From: a virus | Lineage: Duplodnaviria; Caudoviricetes | Virus record (IMG/VR): IMGVR_UViG_3300030107_003333 | Span: 1-59,210 of that record | Length of the DNA: 59,210 bases | Strand: one strand, 5' to 3' | Part shown: piece after piece, positions 56,146 through 59,210 of the stretch | How positions within the stretch are numbered: the stretch's first letter is position 1 | Layout: the number at the start of each line of letters is the position of its first letter | Made by a program: the position numbers and the translations under genes | The notes under the pieces: generated by a model | Told to the model about the DNA's origin: nothing | The model's database searches: none | The model's input: the letters and a program-made list of their open reading frames with translations, nothing else

Positions 56146-56619
56146 TATATTATATCCAATCTTTTTCTTCATTCATGTCATGCCAGTAGCCAATAGAACA
56201 GTTTTTTGAACAAAACTGCCCTTCTTTTTCTACACGATATGTGTCGCAATATTGACACAAGTATATTTCTTCATTCTCCATGATATTCTAACTTAAAGTT
56301 GTAATAATTAGCTGATGCTTTTAATAATATATCTACGTAATGTCTAGGATCTTGTCGCAAATCTTCTGCAAATCCCTCAACGTGAAAATACATTATAGCA
56401 TCTTGCACTTCTTCTTTTGTTACTTTATTCGGTAGGTTCATTTTTATCTTCTTTTAATTTATTTATTTCTATTTGTAAATTCTCAAACATTATACGCCAT
56501 GTCATAGCTGTTTTTAGCAAGGTGGTTTTAGTGTTTGCTTTTAATACAGATTTAATCTGTTCTTTTGTCCATCCCTCTAGTGGGTTAAATTCTTGTTCTT
56601 TCATTAAAATTTTAGTTGT

Positions 56620-57291
56620 TTAATAATATGCAATTCTCCATCCATAAACAGATTGAGCCCTGCCTTTTGTTTTATTTATCATGTGAGATATAGCTTGTCT
56701 GCCACATCCAATATATTCTTCAGCACTTTTTATAGAGGGAAACACTTTGTAAACACCATCTTTTTCTAATGCAACTGACTTACATCTAGATCTTTTCGGT
56801 TTAACATCAATAAGATGCCAACCATAAACAGATTTCCTTACACCTGCTTTAAGTTTTGATACGGAAGAATAATAACATCCTATAACTTTTGATGCCTCTG
56901 TAATCGTTTTGAAGAAATGTTCTTTACCATCTGGATCCACAAGGGTAATAGAGGCTCTATTATTCCCTTTCCACATAGCTTGCTTATAACTACCACCTTT
57001 GGCTTTATTAAGACATAACGGATCTTTAAGCATTTCTTCATCCACAATAAGAGCTTCTATTTCAGATAAATCTTCCCATCCCAAACCATCGCATAATATT
57101 TTAGCATCCCATCCTGTTTTAGCGCATTCTACTACTTGCGGGCAACCTTTACCGAGATTTTTGTTCACGTACCTACGCTTAAAAGTTCGTTTACTAATGC
57201 CGTAATAGTAGTGCCCACTTCCAAACTCAATACAATAAACAATGCCTTGACGTTCAGATAAGTCGTATGTATTTAATTTGTTTTCCATCAT
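56620..57291 (-). CDS. GIY-YIG-like homing endonuclease with two NUMOD1-like repeats
   Basis: GIVYCI...YYYGIS...RRY...E...N; F.TI.EA...IG and F.SI.SA...IG repeats each ending SVYGW. Confidence 0.75.
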   Translation of the reverse strand: MMENKLNTYDLSERQGIVYCIEFGSGHYYYGISKRTFKRRYVNKNLGKGCPQVVECAKTGWDAKILCDGLGWEDLSEIEALIVDEEMLKDPLCLNKAKGGSYKQAMWKGNNRASITLVDPDGKEHFFKTITEASKVIGCYYSSVSKLKAGVRKSVYGWHLIDVKPKRSRCKSVALEKDGVYKVFPSIKSAEEYIGCGRQAISHMINKTKGRAQSVYGWRIAYY

Positions 57292-57449
57292 TATGTTTTC
57301 TTTGTGCTTGTTACTTCAAGTCCATGTCGTTTTATATTTCTCCATAAAGTTTCTCGTGTGATCCCCAACGCTTTCGCAGCGTCAGATACATAGTCGTAAC
57401 GATCTAAAGCTTTTTGCATTTTAGCTATGCGCATCTCTTTAATTGTCAT
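57291..57449 (-). CDS. Fis-type HTH protein (not in ORF track)
   Basis: Hand translation includes KALDRYDYVSDAAKALGITRETLWRNIKRHGL. Confidence 0.75.
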   Translation of the reverse strand: MTIKEMRIAKMQKALDRYDYVSDAAKALGITRETLWRNIKRHGLEVTSTKKT

Positions 57450-57582
57450 TTGATTTTGTCTTTAATTTTTGTCCATGTATCGGGGTGTTCATCTATTAGT
57501 ATTCGCTTGAGCGTTTGTAGTTCACTCCAGTTATCTCTGATAACCTTAGCTTGATTCTGTATTGTTCTATCCTTGTCCGTCA

Positions 57583-57792
57583 TTATTCCCATGTCATTTT
57601 ATATAATATTCCGTTTGCTCTTGCTATATCTAATGCTTCCTCTTCTGTAAAGTATTTTCTATCGGGATTCTCGTCATGCATTTCCTCTGATATGTCATCC
57701 CAACAAGACCACATTAAAATATGTCCCCTTATGTCCTCAATGTACACCCAGTAGTCATCGCCTTCGTTGAATGGGTATTTTTTATTGCTCAT
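57583..57792 (-). CDS. Hypothetical early protein
   Basis: 69 aa; YPFNEGDDYW...WSCWD. Confidence 0.7.
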   Translation of the reverse strand: MSNKKYPFNEGDDYWVYIEDIRGHILMWSCWDDISEEMHDENPDRKYFTEEEALDIARANGILYKMTWE

Positions 57793-58114
57793 CGTTGTCT
57801 TCTTTAATAAATTCTACTACTCTATCGTACACTACTTCTATATCCATTGTCAATAATGATTCGTTGATAAAGTAATGCTGACCTTCTGAAGGCTGTTGTG
57901 TATCAAAGCACTTCTGTACTACGGGCATCAACCAATCCCAAGATGTGTGGTACTTTGAGTACTCAGTAATTCCTTCCATTACTTTCTCCTTACTATCTTC
58001 TGTTATGTAGAAGAATGGGGCATCACTCCAAGAGTGTATGTTACCTGCAATGGAGTCTAATGATATCTCATCAAACAACCCCATAAATTCTGCTATTAGT
58101 TTATTGTCTTTCAT
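57782..58114 (-). CDS. Phage ABA-sandwich-like protein
   Basis: NKLIAEFMG...YHTSWDWLMPVV.K. Confidence 0.65.
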   Translation of the reverse strand: MKDNKLIAEFMGLFDEISLDSIAGNIHSWSDAPFFYITEDSKEKVMEGITEYSKYHTSWDWLMPVVQKCFDTQQPSEGQHYFINESLLTMDIEVVYDRVVEFIKEDNDEQ

Positions 58115-58261
58115 TGTTTCTTATATAATTTAATTGCCTCACTCATCGAATAGTACATATATTTATGACCATTGATGTTTATTACACCATTTGGATATTT
58201 ATGTGCATAAACTCCATCTTTGACTTTAACACTTTTGATAGGTGTGCTAAATAAATCTACG

Positions 58262-58453
58262 TTATTCATTTGTTACTTCTTTATTAGTTGGATTGGTTTT
58301 TTCTAGTCCTAACTCGTGGTAAAAATCATACCCACACTCTTGTATTATCTCGTCATCTTTATCGAAGATGTCGTACACTACGCCTTCATCATCAAACTTT
58401 ATCTGTACGTATGTTCCGTATGTGTTTGGTACGTGTATCTTTTTGTATATCAT
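58262..58453 (-). CDS. Hypothetical early protein
   Basis: 63 aa, A-rich leader. Confidence 0.65.
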   Translation of the reverse strand: MIYKKIHVPNTYGTYVQIKFDDEGVVYDIFDKDDEIIQECGYDFYHELGLEKTNPTNKEVTNE

Positions 58454-58952
58454 TTTGTTTTGGTTTTATAAAATTCGTCTTGCCTTTTCTTAAAAGCCTC
58501 TTTAGTAAAGTGTTGTCTGCGGTTAGCACCTACAATTACTTTTGCTAGTTCATGCATACTGAATGATGCGAAGTACCCTGTCTGTGTTTTTGGTTTACGT
58601 TGTTTGTCCTTCATATTTATTAAAATTACTTACTATTATCTCGCACATAGTTCTCAAAGTACGATCTGGCATGTCGTCAAAGTGTGTAAGCAAGTCCTCT
58701 TGCACTCGCTCTCTTAGTTCTCGTAGTTGATGTATTGTCATGACTAAAATTGATCTTTTATTAGTTGTACTTTCTCTGCGTCTGTTAATTCATCGCTATC
58801 TAGTATGTTGATTAGGTAGCACTCAAATTCTTCTGTGTTCATGATGTATATTTTATTGGTTTATTATTAGTGTTACTATTATCGTAGAGATAATATATCC
58901 CATTAGAGCAGAGAATGTTACAACCCCTGCGACTATTAGTCCTGCTTTTCTA

Positions 58953-59210
58953 TTACTCATTTTCTTGTCCATAAGGTGCTTCATTAAATGATTTTAATTC
59001 TTCGTGGTATACTTCTTTGATTTTGTGGTCTATCAAATCGGTATCGCACTGCTGAAGTTCTTGGTAAGCTATGCTATCCCATATTTCCTCATAAAGGAGG
59101 TCATTATTTCCTCCTGCGTATAAAGCATTAGTAACTTCTTCTTCGGTTGTGGTATCGGGCACTTCTACCTCGATTGTGGTGGTGTATGTACGCACCACTT
59201 CTATTTCAAA
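58953..59210 (-). CDS. Acidic protein spanning the circular junction (true start ATG at 94)
   Basis: MKTFEIEVVRTYTTT... begins at 94 and reads through the terminal repeat into 59125-58953. Confidence 0.8.
   Translation of the reverse strand, partial: FEIEVVRTYTTTIEVEVPDTTTEEEVTNALYAGGNNDLLYEEIWDSIAYQELQQCDTDLIDHKIKEVYHEELKSFNEAPYGQENE
59126..59210. repeat. Terminal direct repeat, right copy
   Basis: Matches 1-85 with one mismatch. Confidence 0.97.

Noticed and set aside
1-59210. Alternative genetic code (stop-codon reassignment as in some crAss-like phages)
   Set aside because: Long genes are intact and tightly packed under the standard code; no suppressor tRNA seen.
1-59210. Diversity-generating retroelement, retron or integrase/prophage
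   Set aside because: No reverse transcriptase or recombinase motifs, no TR/VR pair noticed, no flanking host genes.

Overview
Apparently the complete, circularly permuted genome (~59.1 kb; 85-bp terminal overlap) of an AT-rich tailed phage, most likely a podovirus-like phage of marine Bacteroidota (Flavobacteriales). Host is inferred from many TAnnTTTG promoters and a T9SS-type cargo protein. The + strand (~3.2-49.5 kb) carries packaging, head, tail, ejection and lysis genes in an order reminiscent of crAss-related/flavobacterial podophages. The - strand (~49.5 kb through the junction to ~2.3 kb) carries replication/recombination genes and many small early ORFs. I see no DNA polymerase, RNA polymerase, ribonucleotide reductase, integrase, reverse transcriptase or CRISPR array. 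Best leads: (1) a promoter-led host-envelope cassette at 18.9-23.1 kb (Cys-rich T9SS cargo, predicted outer-membrane barrel, membrane coiled coil, exported CxxC-less thioredoxin fold); (2) an unannotated 50-aa protein resembling the redox tail of class I RNR alpha; (3) an Rmt2/GAMT-like methyltransferase coupled to fibre genes; (4) a split tail-stabilisation gene with a coiled-coil/EF-hand appendage; (5) a non-canonical tRNA-like RNA; (6) repeat arrays in the 2.3-3.2 kb control region and probable leaderless transcripts. All family calls come from motif recognition by eye, not database searches.
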